From: an uncultured Gemmatimonadales bacterium
GTDB taxonomy: Bacteria; Gemmatimonadota; Gemmatimonadetes; Gemmatimonadales; GWC2-71-9
Length of the DNA: 64,000 nucleotides
Assembly (NCBI GenBank): GCA_963728915.1
Contig: CAVSLV010000001.1
Coordinates: forward strand, 1,659,480-1,723,479
Direction: 5' to 3'
This document shows, piece after piece, positions 12,705 to 25,500 of this stretch (positions are counted from its first letter, which is position 1; every line of letters starts with the position of its first letter). Below the pieces are notes generated by a model, which was given only the letters and a program-made list of their open reading frames with translations, made no database searches and had not been told where the DNA came from. The position numbers were made by a program, and so were the translations under genes.

Positions 12705-15700
12705 GCGGGTCCCAGACCGAGGCAAAGCGAGCGCTCCTGGCCAAGCTCCTGAAGGAGAGGGCCGCGACGAACCAGGACGCCCCGGCGGCTCAGCCGGAGC
12801 TCCGATCGTTGCCCAGGGATCAGGATCTCCCTCTTTCGTTCGGGCAGGAGCGGGTCTGGTTTCTGGACAAGCTCCAGCCGGAGAGCGCTTTCTACAATCA
12901 CCTCGACCTGATCTCGTTCTCCGGCCGGTTGAACGTCGAGACGCTCAACCGATGCCTGGACCTCGTTGTCGCCCGGCACGAAGTCCTCCGGTCCACCTTC
13001 CCTGAAGTTGATGGCTTGCCGGTGCAGCGCGTCGGTCCCCCATACCGCGTGCCTCTTCCGGTCACCGATCTGCGGGCCTTGTCCCCGGAGGAGCGGAGCC
13101 GTCAGTGGCACGAGATCGCCGCCCGGGAAGCCAAGACGCTTTTCGATCTGGCGACCGGACCTCTGCTCCGGGCCCGGTTGCTTCGGCTCCAGGACGACGA
13201 GCACCTGCTCGTCTTCACGGTGCACCACATCGCCTGGGATGGCTGGTCCCTCGGTCTGTTCCTGCAGGAGCTGACCACCGCCTATCCGGCGTTGGCCGGT
13301 GGCAAGACCCCGGAACTACCTGCCTTGCCGCTGCAGTACGTGGACTTCGCGGATTGGCAACGACGCTGGCTCTCGGGAAAGACGCTTGAGGCACAGCGGC
13401 AATTCTGGGGGCAACGGCTCGGCGGCAACCTGCCCACGCTCGACCTCCCGCTGGATCGTCCCCGGATGCCGAGCCGAAGCTTCGAGGCCCGGCCCCTGGA
13501 TGTGAATGTGGAAGGCGATCTCCTCACGGCCATCCGGGAGTTGAGCCGGCGAGAAGGGATGACGCTCTACACCACCGTCCTCACCCTGTTCAACATCCTG
13601 CTCAACCGTTACACCGGCCAGGAGGACGTTCTCATCGGCACCCTCGTGGCCGGCCGGGTTCGGCCCGAGATCGAGCAGGCGATCGGCTGTTTCGTGAATA
13701 CCATCGCGCTGCGGACCGACCTTTCCGGCGATCCGACGTTCCGGGAGGCCCTGCGGCGCACCAGGGACGTGATCCTGAGTGCCCATGCTCACGCCGACTA
13801 TCCCTACGAGGAGCTGATCAAACAGCTCCAGCCCCATCGCGACCTGAATCGAAACCCGGTGCTCCAGGTCTTCCTGAACATGTTGAATGTCCGCATGTGG
13901 GATGACATCGTGCTCCCGGGCCTGACCATCCGGTCGCTTTCGGCGCTCGAGGTCCATGCGGTCGCGGACGGTCTCACCCTTTTCGCCTCCGAAGCCGACG
14001 ACCGGCTCCAGCTGTGCTTCGGTTATCCGACCGAGTTGTTCGACACCGACACGATCGAGCGCATGGCCGGGCACCTCCTCACGCTGATGGCCGACGCGGC
14101 CGCGCATCCGGAGCTCTGCATTTCCCGGCTCCGCATGGTCTCTCCTTCCGAGGAGGCGACCCTTCTGCGAGCCGGAGGCGAAGGGGCGCGGCCCGTTGCC
14201 GCCGAGACCACGCTTCATGCCCTGTTCGAAGCTCAGGTCGCTCGCGATCCCGATGCGACCGCGCTCACCTTCGAAGACATCACCCTGAGTTACGGCGAGC
14301 TCAATGCCAGGGCGAATCGAGTCGCTGGTTCCCTGCGCGACCTCGGAGTCGGTCCCGACCACCTGGTCGGGCTTTGTGCCGAACGATCCCTCGACCTGGT
14401 GATCGGCATCCTCGGGATTCTCAAGGCGGGGGGCGCTTACCTGCCGCTCGATCCGGCCTATCCCGCCGATCGGCTGGGGTTCATGATCCAGGACGCCGCG
14501 CTCTCGGTCATTCTGACCCAGCGCACCATCGCCCCGCTCCTTCCAGCCTCCAGCGCGAGGATTGTCCTGCTCGACGAGGCCGCAGCGTCCGGGCCGGAGT
14601 CACCAGGCGGCCCATTCTCCCGAGCCGGCCCGTCCAACCTCGCCTATGTGATCTACACCTCCGGATCGACCGGCCGGCCAAAGGGTGTCCTCATCACCCA
14701 CGCCAACGTGGTCCGCCTGCTGGCCGCGACCCGGGACTGGTTCCATTTCGATTCATCGGATGTGTGGACCCTGTTCCATTCCTTCGGCTTCGATTTTTCC
14801 GTGTGGGAGATCTGGGGGGCCCTTGCCTACGGGGGCAGACTGGTGATCGTGCCGCGGGACACCACCCGGGATCCGGTGGCGTTCCGGCGCCTCCTGGCGC
14901 GCGAGCGGGTTACCGTGCTCAATCAGACGCCCTCGGCCTTTGGACAGCTGATCCAGGCCGACGAAGCGGAAGCCACGAGTGATCTGGGTCTCCGATTCGT
15001 CATCTTCGGAGGCGAGGCGCTCGACCTGGCGCCGCTTCGTCCCTGGGTCGACCGCCATGGCGACGCCGCTCCCCGCCTCATCAACATGTACGGGATCACC
15101 GAGACCTGCGTTCATGTGACCTACCGGCGCATAACCCGCGATGACATCCGACGGAATCAAGCCAGTCCCATCGGGATGCCGATTCCGGATCTGAGGGTGT
15201 ACCTGCTCGATCAGCGCGACCGGCTGGTGCCGTTCGGTCTGCCCGGCGAAATCCACGTGGCCGGGCCCGGCCTGGCCCGCGGCTATCTCAATCGACCCGA
15301 GCTCACCGAAGAGCGGTTCGTTCCCGATCCGTTCCGCGCCGGAGAACGGATGTACCGATCCGGCGACCTGGCGCGCCGGAGACCCGACGGCGAGCTCGAG
15401 TATCTCGGGCGACGGGACCGCCAGGTGAAGATCCGCGGTCATCGGATCGAGTTGGGCGAGATCGAGGCGACCCTGCTTCAGGTTCCGGGGATTCGCGCGG
15501 CAGTGGTGCGGCCGCAACCTGCCAATGGCGTCGCCGACCGGCTGGTCGCCTACGTCGTTCCGGCTGATCCATCCGCGACGCCGACGTCCGAGCTCATCCG
15601 TGGAGCGTTGCGGCGGACCCTCCCGGAGTACATGCTGCCGGACTCCGTGATCGCCCTCGCCGCGCTCCCCCTCACCGCCAACGGGAAGATCGATCGCAAC

Positions 15701-18700
15701 GCGCTTCCCGAGCCGCCAACCCAGACGGCCTCTCCCGGGTCAAGCGCGACGCCCACGACCGAGAACGAACAAATCGTTGCGAGAATCTGGTGCGAGGTGC
15801 TCGGCCTCGAACGGATCGGGGTGAACGACAATTTTTTCGAGCTCGGCGGGCACTCCCTGCTCGCGGCGCGGGTGACCGCCCGGTTGCGCGAGGCCTTCCG
15901 CCGCGAGGTGCCGGTACGACGCCTGTTCGAACTCCAGACGGTGGCGGAGCTGGCGAAGAGCTTCGATTCCGGGGGACCGGAGGTTGCGCTCGACCCTGCG
16001 ATGATGCTCGAGGGTGGCCCCCCGGTCCTCTCGTTTGCGCAGGAGCGGCTCTGGTTCTTCGAGCAGCTCGAGCCCGGGAGTTCGGCGTACAACATCCCGA
16101 TGATCCTCCGGTTTCGCGGGCGACTGGACACGGGGGCCCTCGAACGCAGCCTTTCCACCATTCTGGCGCGTCATGAAGTGCTTCGAAGCACCTTCTCGTC
16201 CGACGACGGAAAGCCGGTCCTCGTCATCGGTCCGCCACAGCCATGGACGGTCCAGACCTGCGGCCTCGACGGTATCGCACCGGAGCTCCGCGAAACCGAG
16301 GGTCTCAAGCTTGCCCACTCGGAGACGCTTCGTCCCTTCGACCTCCAGACCGGGCCCCTGGTCAGGGCCCTGCTGATCCAACTCGGCGAAGGAGGCGCAT
16401 TACTTCGTTCTCACGCTTCATCACATCGTCGGCGACGGGTGGTCTATCCAGATCCTGTTGAACGAATTCGCGGAACTCTACCGGGGCGGGCGTCCAGCAC
16501 GGGGCGGCGACCCTTCCGTCGCTCCCGATCCAGTATCACGATTTCGCCAATGCTCAGCGGCAGCTCCTTTCCGCCGACCGGTTACGGCAAGATCTGGAAT
16601 ACTGGAAGCGGCAGCTCGATGGCGCCCCCCCCGCGCTGGATCTCGCCCTCGATCGAGCCCAGACCAGCCCAGCAGACCTTCGAAGGGGCGATCCACAGCA
16701 GCGTGCTTGGCGCTGGTCTGCTGCAGCGGCTTCACGAGGTATCTCGAGCCGAGGATGCCACCCTGTTCATGACGTTGCTCGCGGGATTCCAGGTCCTCCT
16801 CAGCCGGCTGAGCGGCCAGAATGACCTGTGTGTAGGATCCCGGTCGCAGGCCGCAACCGAATCGAAACGGAGAACCTGATCGGCCTCTTCCTGAACACGG
16901 TCGTGCTTCGAAGCCGCATCGAATCCACGACGACCTTCCGTGAGGCGCTTCGACAGGTTCGCCAGAACGCGATCGACGCCTATGCGCACCAGGAGCTTCC
17001 TTTTGACCGGCTGGTCGAGGAACTCCATCCGGTTCGGGACCTGAGTCGGACGCCGGTGTTCCAGATCCTGTTCAACATGACCAGCTTCGGGCGCGCCGAG
17101 TACCCTGGAGTTGCCGGATCCTCGAAATCGAACCGGCCCGGAGCTTTCTCGAAGCCGAATCGCGATCGAAGTTCGATCTGGACTCTCTACGTCTGGGAGC
17201 ACGAGGCGGGGCTTCAGCTTGCGACCGTGTACAACGCCGCGTTGTTTTCTCGAGGCCGCATCGAGGATATGCTCCAGCAGTACGTACAGCTTCTAGCGAC
17301 CTTACCTGACCTCGACCAACCAGTCGCCGCGGCCTCTTGGTCGGAGGGCCAGGTACTCTCCCAGGAGGATCTCCGACAACTCGCCCACTGGAACGCCACC
17401 ACCCGACCCTACCCACTCGAGAGGAGTCTCCATTCCCTGGTGGAGGAGCAGGTGGATCGATCACCCAACGCCATCGCGGTTCGCTACGAGGAAGGGCAAC
17501 TCACCTACGCCGAGCTGGATGCACGAGCCAATCAGCTCGCCAGGATTCTCCAGGAAAGCGGTGTCGGTCCCGACACCCTGGTTGGGGTCTGCCTGGAGCG
17601 CTCCCTCGAGATGGTGGTGGCACTGCTGGCCACCCTGAAGGCCGGCGGCGCCTACGTTCCGATGGATCCCACATACCCGGCTGCCCGACTGGGCTTCATG
17701 ATCCGCGATGCCAAAGTTCCCGTGTTGCTCATTCAGGAGCACCTGCTGGACCGACTCCCGAAAACCGCATGCAGGGTGATCGTAGTTGACCGGGAGAGAC
17801 CCCAGGTCGCAAGCCAGCAGTCGGAGCGGTTGCCCAATACCGTCAAATCTGGCCAGCTTGCCTACATGATCTATACCTCGGGCTCCACCGGACAGCCCAA
17901 AGGCGCCTTGAATACCCACCGGGGAATCGTCAATCGGCTGCTCTGGATGCAAGAGACGTTCGGTCTCGATCCGACCGACCGAGTCCTGCAGAAGACGCCC
18001 TTCAGTTTCGACGTGTCAGTGTGGGAGATCTTCTGGCCCCTCCTCGCCGGAGCACGGCTCGTCATGGCTCGACCCGAGGGGCACAAGGACCCGGAGTATC
18101 TCCTCCGAACCATAAGGGCCGAGGGAATCACGACGCTCCACTTCGTGCCTTCGATGCTGGCGGTATTCCTCGTCCATCCGGGAGTGGATCGGTGCCCTCG
18201 ATCAGGAGAGTGATGGCGTCTGGCGAAGCGCTCGCTCCCCACCTGGTCAAGCGTTTCTACGAGCGGCTGACCGGCGAGCTTCACAACCTCTACGGACCCA
18301 CCGAAGCCGCCGTGGATGTGACGTGGTGGCCCTGCATTCCGGACCCTGAACTGGTGCCAATCGGCCGTCCGATCGCCAACACGGCACTCTATGTCCTCGA
18401 TGCGGGGGCGAACGTCACCCCAATCGGATCCCCTGGCGAGTTGGTCATCGGTGGGGAAAACGTCGGTCGAGGATACCACAACCGGCCGGAGCTGACCGCC
18501 GAGCGTTTTGTTCCCAACCGATTCGCGGGGACCGGAATGATGTATCGCACCGGCGACCTGGCGAGGTGGCTGCCGGACGGAACACTCGAATTCCTGGGCC
18601 GGCTCGACAACCAAGCCAAGCTGCGGGGATTTCGCATTGAACCCGAAGAGATCGAGTCGCTCCTGGTTGAAGATCCCGGAGTCCGGGAGGCCGCCGTTGC

Positions 18701-19196
18701 GATCCGGGGCGAACCGGGTCGTGAGCGCCTGATCGCGTATGTCGTCCCATCCTCGAACCATTCTCCGTCCGATGCCCGGATCCGTGGCTTTCTCGCGGAA
18801 CGGTTGCCCGCCTACATGGTCCCCGACCAGGTGATTCTGCTCGAGGCGCTTCCGGTGACAGTCAATGGCAAGCTGGACCGCAAAGCATTGCCAGCCCCGG
18901 CACGGACTTCCTCATCGACCATCGGACCACGAACAGCAACGGAAGCCACCATCACCAGGATCTGGCGCCGAGCTCCTCGGGCTCGAGCAGATCGGGATCA
19001 CCGACAATTTCTTTGAGCTCGGGGGCCATTCGCTCCTGGCAGCGCGGGTTATGGCCAGGCTTCACAAGCAACTCGGGGTAACCCTTCCGGTACGGGCCCT
19101 GTTCGAAGCGCCCTCCGTCGAAGCGCTGGCGCGAGTGGCGGAGACAACAGCCGGAGGCAGAATGCCAGTCGCGAGCGGGAGGAGATCAGCCTGTGA
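12701..19196 (+). CDS. Bimodular NRPS C-A(Thr)-PCP-C-A(Ser)-PCP (several frameshifts)
   Basis: C1 HHIAWDG; A1 YTSGSTGRPKG and NMYGITE; PCP GGHSLL. C2 HHIVGDG lies in a shifted frame at about 16419-16439. A2 is split over ORFs 16828 and 18021, and PCP2 GGHSLL is in ORF 18865. The probable end is REREEISL-TGA at 19194-19196. Shifts occur near 16390, 16500, 16655, 16835, 18200, 18968 and 19143. Confidence 0.85.
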
Positions 19197-22100
19197 CGAG
19201 CCCTCCTCCGCTCTGACCCTGCTGCAGCGCCTTCGCGATCTCGACGTCCAGGTCTGGGTCGAGGGGAGCCGCCTGCGTCTCAACGCGCCGAAGAGCTGTG
19301 CTGACCGACGCCCTCAAGAGCGAACTGTCTGCGCGCAAGGCCGAGCTGATCGCGCTCCTTGCCGCACCACCCGCCGCGCCGCAGGGCGGGGTCGACGGGA
19401 CCGGAGCACCGCTGTCTTTCTCGCAGCAGCGGCTCTGGTTTCTGGACCAGCTTCGACCCGGGTCGTCCGAGTACAACATGCCCGGCGCGACCCGCTTCAA
19501 GGGCTCGTTGAACATCAAGGCTCTCCAAGACGCAATCGCGACCGTCATCGAACGCCATGAAGCGATCCGGACCCACTTCCCCGTCGTGGATGGCGCCCCG
19601 GTTCAGGTGGTTGGACCGCCGGGTGAGTTTCATCTTCCCCAGCAAGACCTGCGCAGCATCGCGGAAGCGGACCGCGAGGAGAAGCTCATCGAGCTGCTCC
19701 AGCGCGACGCCGCCGAACCGTTCGACCTCGCTCGGGGGCCGCTCTTCCGGGCCAGGCTCTACCGGGTCGGAGAGAAGGAACACGTCCTCATGTGTGTGAT
19801 GCATCACACCATCGGGGATGGGTGGTCCTCGGGGGTATTCGTCAGGGAGATCGGCCTGCTGTACCCGGCGTACCTCGAAGGCAAACCATCGCCGCTGCCA
19901 CCACTGCCGGTCCAGTACGTCGAATTCGCCCGGCGACAACGCCAATGGCTGGAAAGTGACAGCTTTCGGACCGAGCTGGCCTACTGGACCAGGAAGCTCG
20001 AAGGGCTCACCGATGCACTGGAGCTCCCGACCGATCGACCGCGACCCCCGGTCCAGACGGCCAACGGCGCCCGAGAAATCGTCCGCTTCCGTCCCGGCTT
20101 GATGGAGAACATCGAAGACCTGAGCCGCCGGGAAGGGGTCACCCCGTTCATGTGCCTGCTGGCCGCGCTCGCCACACTGCTCATGCGGTACTCGGGCCAG
20201 GACGACATCGCGGTGGGGACCCCGATCGCGAACCGGACCAGCGTCGAGAGCGAACAGCTGATCGGCTTCTTCGCGAATACCCTGGTCTTCCGCACCGATC
20301 TGTCCGGGAACCCGACCTTCCGGGATCTGCTCAGGCGGGTCAGGGAAGTCGCGCTGGGCGCCTATGCCCATCAGGACGTCCCGTTCGAGAAACTGGTCGA
20401 AGTCCTGAAGCCGGTCCGGGACCTGTCCCGCTCTCCCTTGTTCCAGGTGTTGTTCGCATTCCAGAACCTCCCGGCGGAAGTGATCGAGCTCCCCGGTCTT
20501 CGGCTCGAACCAGTCATCCTGCAGACCGTCACAACCCAGGCGGATATCGCGATGTATGTCGGGCGGGACCTCAAGGGCCACGGCATGTCCCTGGAGTACA
20601 ACACCGACCTGTTCGATCGAGGTGACGATTCAGGGTCATGGTCGCTCATTTCACCGCTCTGCTCCGGGAAGTCTGCCGCGACCCTTCCCAGCCTGTCGAC
20701 GCTATCCCCCTGCTCGCGCCGGAGGAGCGCCAACGCCTGCTGGTTGAGTGGAATGCCACGGCGACCGACCTCCCCCCGGTGAAGGCATACACGAGCTGGT
20801 CCTCCGCCAGGCGGAACAACGACCCAACGCCACCGCCGCTATCAGTGGGGAGGAATCGCTGACCTACGAGGCGCTCCGTGCCAGGGTGATGCTGCTCGCG
20901 GGCCAGCTCCGGCAGCTCGGGGTCCGCCCCGGGGCGCTCGTCGGCGTCGCGGTCGAGCGGTCGCTCGACATGCTGGTCGCGTTGCTGGGAATCCTGGAGG
21001 CCGGGGGCGCGTACGTCCCGCTCGATCCGGCCTATCCGAAGGATCGCCTGGGATTCATGCTCGAAGACGCCGGGTGTCCCGTGCTGCTGACCCAATCGAC
21101 CCTCCAGGCCGGACTTCCCCAGCACAAGGCCAAGGTGGTCCTCCTGGACCAGGTTGACTGGAACGGGACCGCCGCCACCGATCGCGGCCCCCGCCCCGGG
21201 CCCGGCGATCCGGCCTACGTGATCTTTACCTCCGGCTCCACCGGCAGGCCCAAGGGCGTCCAGATCCCGCACCGCGCCCTGCTCAACGTCCTGGCCTCCA
21301 TGGCGCGGGAGCCCGGGTTAGGCTCGGAGGATACCCTGCTGGCGGTCACCACGCTCTCGTTCGACATTGCCGGGCTCGAGCTGTTTCTCCCTTTGCTGGT
21401 CGGGGGCCGGGTGGTGATCGCCGCGAGAGAGGAAGCCCTCGATCCTGCCCGGCTGGCCCACCTGATCGAACACCACCAGATCAGCGTCATGCAGGCGACC
21501 CCCGCCACCTGGCGGATGCTGACTGACGCCGGCTGGCGAAGCCATCCGGGATTCCGGATCCTCTGCGGGGGCGAGGCGCTGCCGCCAGCGCTCGCCGAGC
21601 GACTGCTCGAGGGGGGAGCCGAGCTGTGGAACGTATATGGGCCGACCGAGACCACCATCTGGTCGACGGTGCACCGGGTCCGGACGGCCGAATCCCCCAT
21701 CTCGATCGGCCGGCCTATCGCCAACACGAAGGTCTATGTGCTCGATCGGAACGGCGCCCCCACGCCGGTGGGGGTCCCGGGCGAGCTTCACATCGGGGGG
21801 ACGGGAGTCGCGCTGGGATATCTGAATCGCCCCGAGCTGACCGCGGAACGATTTCTCCCCGACCCCTTCGCCTCCGAGCCGGCGGCCCGGATGTATCGCA
21901 CCGGCGACCGGGCCCGCTGGCGCTCAAACGGGACGCTCGAATACCTCGGCCGCCTCGATTTCCAGGTCAAAATCCGGGGCTTCCGGGTCGAGCTCGGTGA
22001 GATCGAAACGGCGCTGTCGCGTCATCCGGGGATTGCCCAGGCTGTGGTCCAGCCGAATCTGGATGCCGCGGGAGTAAGCCGGCTGGCGGCATACCTGGTT

Positions 22101-22541
22101 CCCCGGGGGACCGCCTCCCCAGGATCCGCCGAGCTCCGGGAGTATCTGGGTCGGCTGCTCCCCGAGTACATGATTCCCTCGACCTTCACGGCCCTGACCG
22201 CGCTGCCGCTGACCCCGAACGGGAAGGTGGACCGTCGCCGGTTGCCCGCTCCCGAGGCAAGCCAGGACCAGCGGGAGGTTCCCTTCGTCCCCCCGCGCAA
22301 CGAGATCGAGCGAACCGTCGCGAGCGTATGGCAGAAGGCCCTCGGCGTGACCTCGGTGAGCGCCACCGACAACTTCTTCGATCTGGGCGGCCACTCGCTC
22401 ATGATCGTCAAGGTCCACAGCGAGCTGCGCAGCACCATCGGTCACGATCTCTCGATCGTCGAGATGTTCCAGTATCCCACGGTGCGTTTGCTGGCCAGGC
22501 GGATCGCCCGGACGGCCAACCTGGAGGCGGCCGCGACATGA
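19193..22541 (+). CDS. NRPS: TubC-type beta-hairpin docking domain-C-A(Gly)-PCP (frameshifts)
   Basis: LLQRLRDLDVQVWVEGSRLRLNAPK-VLTDALKSELSARKAELIALL resembles TubC_N. C HHTIGDG; A FTSGSTGRPKG, FDIAGLE, NVYGPTETTIWS; PCP GGHSLM. Assembled from ORFs 18865, 19298, 20638 and 20748. The start is inferred (GTG 19193 in a GTGA overlap). Confidence 0.83.
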
Positions 22542-25500
22542 ACCGGATGGAGCCCATCGCGATCGTCGGCATGGCGGGCCGGTTCCCCAAGGCGAGGAAC
22601 CTGGAGGAATACTGGCGAAATCTGCGCGACGGTGTCGAGTGTATCGCCTGGTTCTCCCCTGAGGAACTTCGCGCGGCGGGCACCGACCCTGCGTTGCTCA
22701 ACGATCCCAATTTCGTGCCCGCCCGGGGCCAGCTGGCGGAGGCCGAAATGTTCGATGCCGGGTTCTTCGCCATGAACCCGCGCGAGGCGGAGGTCACCGA
22801 CCCGCAACATCGTCTGTTCCTGGAGGTCGCCTGGGAAGCCCTGGAGAACGCCGGCTACGACGTCGACCGGCTTCGCCGCAGGACCGGGGTCTTCGCCGGT
22901 ACCAGCGCGAGCACTTACCTGCTGATGAATCTGCTGCCCAATCCCGAGTTGCTCCGGACGGTCGGCGGATATCAGACCATGATCGGGAACGACAAGGACT
23001 ACCTGCCGACCCGGGTGTCCTACAAGCTCAACCTCCGGGGCCCCAGCGTCCTCATCCAGACGGCCTGTTCGACCTCCCTGGTCGCGGTCCAGTTTGCCTG
23101 TCAGTCCCTGCAGGACCGCCAGTGCGAGGTCGCGTTGGCGGGGGGCGTTTCGGTGATGTTCCCGAGGACCGCGGGTTATGTCTACCAACCCGGGATGATC
23201 CTCTCGCCCAACGGGCAGTGTCGTCCCTTCGACGCCGACGCCCATGGGACCGTCGCGGGGGAGGGGGTCGGGGTCGTCGTCCTCAAGCGACTGGAGGACG
23301 CCCTCGCCGACCAGGACCATATCCGGGCCGTCATCAAGGGCGCCGCGATCAACAACGACGGGGCCCTGAAGGTGGGATATACCGCCCCCAGCGTCGACGG
23401 ACAGGCGGAAGTCATCGCCCAGGCCCACCGGCTCGCCGGGGTGGATCCCGAAACCATCCAGTACGTCGAGGCCCACGGCACCGGGACCGAGCTCGGCGAT
23501 CCCATCGAGATCGCCGCCCTCACCAAGGCCTTCGGTGCCGATCTCCCGGCCAGGCAGTTCTGCGCCATCAGCGCGGTCAAGTCCAACATCGGGCACCTCG
23601 ACGCGGCGGCCGGCGTGGCGGGACTCATCAAGGCGGTCCTGTCCCTCGAGAACACAACGATTCCGCCCTCGCTCCACTTCGAGAAACCCAACCCGCAGAT
23701 CGACTTCGCTTCGAGCCCCTTCTACGTGAATGCGGCGACCCGGCCGTGGCCCAGAAGCGGTCACCCCCGGCGTGCCGGGGTCAGCTCATTCGGTATCGGT
23801 GGAACCAACGCGCATGTGATCCTCGAGGAAGCTCCAGCAGGACCCGCTGGAACGGAACCAGGCCGGACCGAGCTCCTCCTTGTCTCGGCCAGAACACCCG
23901 CGGCACTCGAGCAGAGCCGGGCCAACCTGGCTGTCCATCTGGAGGCGCACCCCGAGCAACGACTCGCTGACGTCGCCTTTACGCTGCAGCAGGGGCGTAA
24001 GGCGTTCCCCCATCGCTGTGCCGTGCTCGCGCGCGATGCCTCCCAGGCCATCGCCGGCCTCCGGGGAACGATTCCGCAACCGCTGCTCGGGCCGTCCGGT
24101 CCGGTGAGCGAGCGTCCCGTTGCGTTCCTGTTCCCGGGTCAAGGATCCCAATACGCCGGGATGGCGGGAGAGCTCTATCGAAGCGACGCCGGATTTCGCC
24201 AGGACATCGATCGCTGCGACCAGGAAATGGCGGGCGCCCTCGGGGCCAGCCTGGTGGACTTCCTGGTGACGGCTCCCGACCGGATGGAAGCGGTAACCGG
24301 TCTCCTCCGCCAAACCCGCATCGCCCAGCCGGTCCTCTTCGCGGTCGAATGGGCGCTGGCGCGGTTGTGGGTGCGAGCCGGGATCCAGGCCGAGGCCATG
24401 CTCGGCCACAGCATCGGGGAATACGTCGCTGCCTGTCTCGCCGGGGTGTTCGACCTGTCCGATGCGCTGCGGCTCGTGGTCGAACGAGGGCGCGTGATGG
24501 ACATCCCCGGCGGGGCGATGCTGTCGGTTCCCCAGAGCGCCGAGGCGGTTCGCGGGATTCTCCCGGCCGCATTGGACCTCGCCGCGGTCAACGCTCCGAA
24601 TCTCTGCGTCGTCTCCGGACCCGACGACGAGATCGGCGCATTCGAAGTGATCCTGGAGGCCCGCGGAACCCCGGGACAACGGTTGCATACTGACCATGCA
24701 TTTCATTCCCGGATGATGGAGCCCGCCGTGGAGGCATTCGCGGCGGTCGTATCCAGGATTCGTCTCGCTCCGCCCCGCGTGCCTTTTCTCTCCAACGTCA
24801 CCGGCACCTGGATCACCGCCCAGGACGCGACCGACCCGGCCTACTGGGTCCGGCATCTTCGTTCGACGGTGCAGTTTTCCGCTGGACTCCATCACCTCCT
24901 TGAGGACGAGGAGCGGGTGTTCCTCGAAGTGGGACCGGGCCATTCTCTCACGTCGATCGCGCGCCAGCACACCGGACGCGATCGCCTCGTCGTTCCTTCG
25001 TTGCGGCACCCCAGGGAATCCACCCCGGATCGCGATACGATCCTCACCGCCCTCGGCAGACTGTGGATCGCGGGCGTGGCCATCGATTGGAACGGTGTGG
25101 ACAGCTCCTCCTCGCGGTATCGGGTTCCCCTGCCGACCTACCCGTTCGAACGGCAGCGGCATTGTTCGGACCCGCCGCCGGTTAGGACCAGTATCGCAGA
25201 AGCCCGGCTTTCCGTCATGAAGCACCCGAATCTGACCGAGTGGTTTTCGGTGCCGGCGTGGATCCGGACGCCACGGCGTCCGATTCGCGATCGCGTGCCC
25301 GAAGGGAAGTGGCTGGTTCTGGCGGGTGCCGACGGCCTGGGAGATCGCCTTGCCGCCCGGTTGCGCGAGCGGAATCCCCATGTGGTCACCGTGGTGCCGG
25401 GAGAACGGTACGCGGAGCTGGGCCCGGGCCGGTTTGCGGTCGAACCCGGTAACCCCGAAGCCTTCCTCGCCCTGATCCGTCACCTGGACACCGCGGGAGC

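Noticed and set aside
22328..22537. Longer N-terminal extensions in the ORF track (22328, 27061, 42199, 46903, 49193, 35413, 37077, 39418, 58835)
   Set aside because: They overlap neighbouring genes or precede clear RBS/overlap starts, and lack family motifs.
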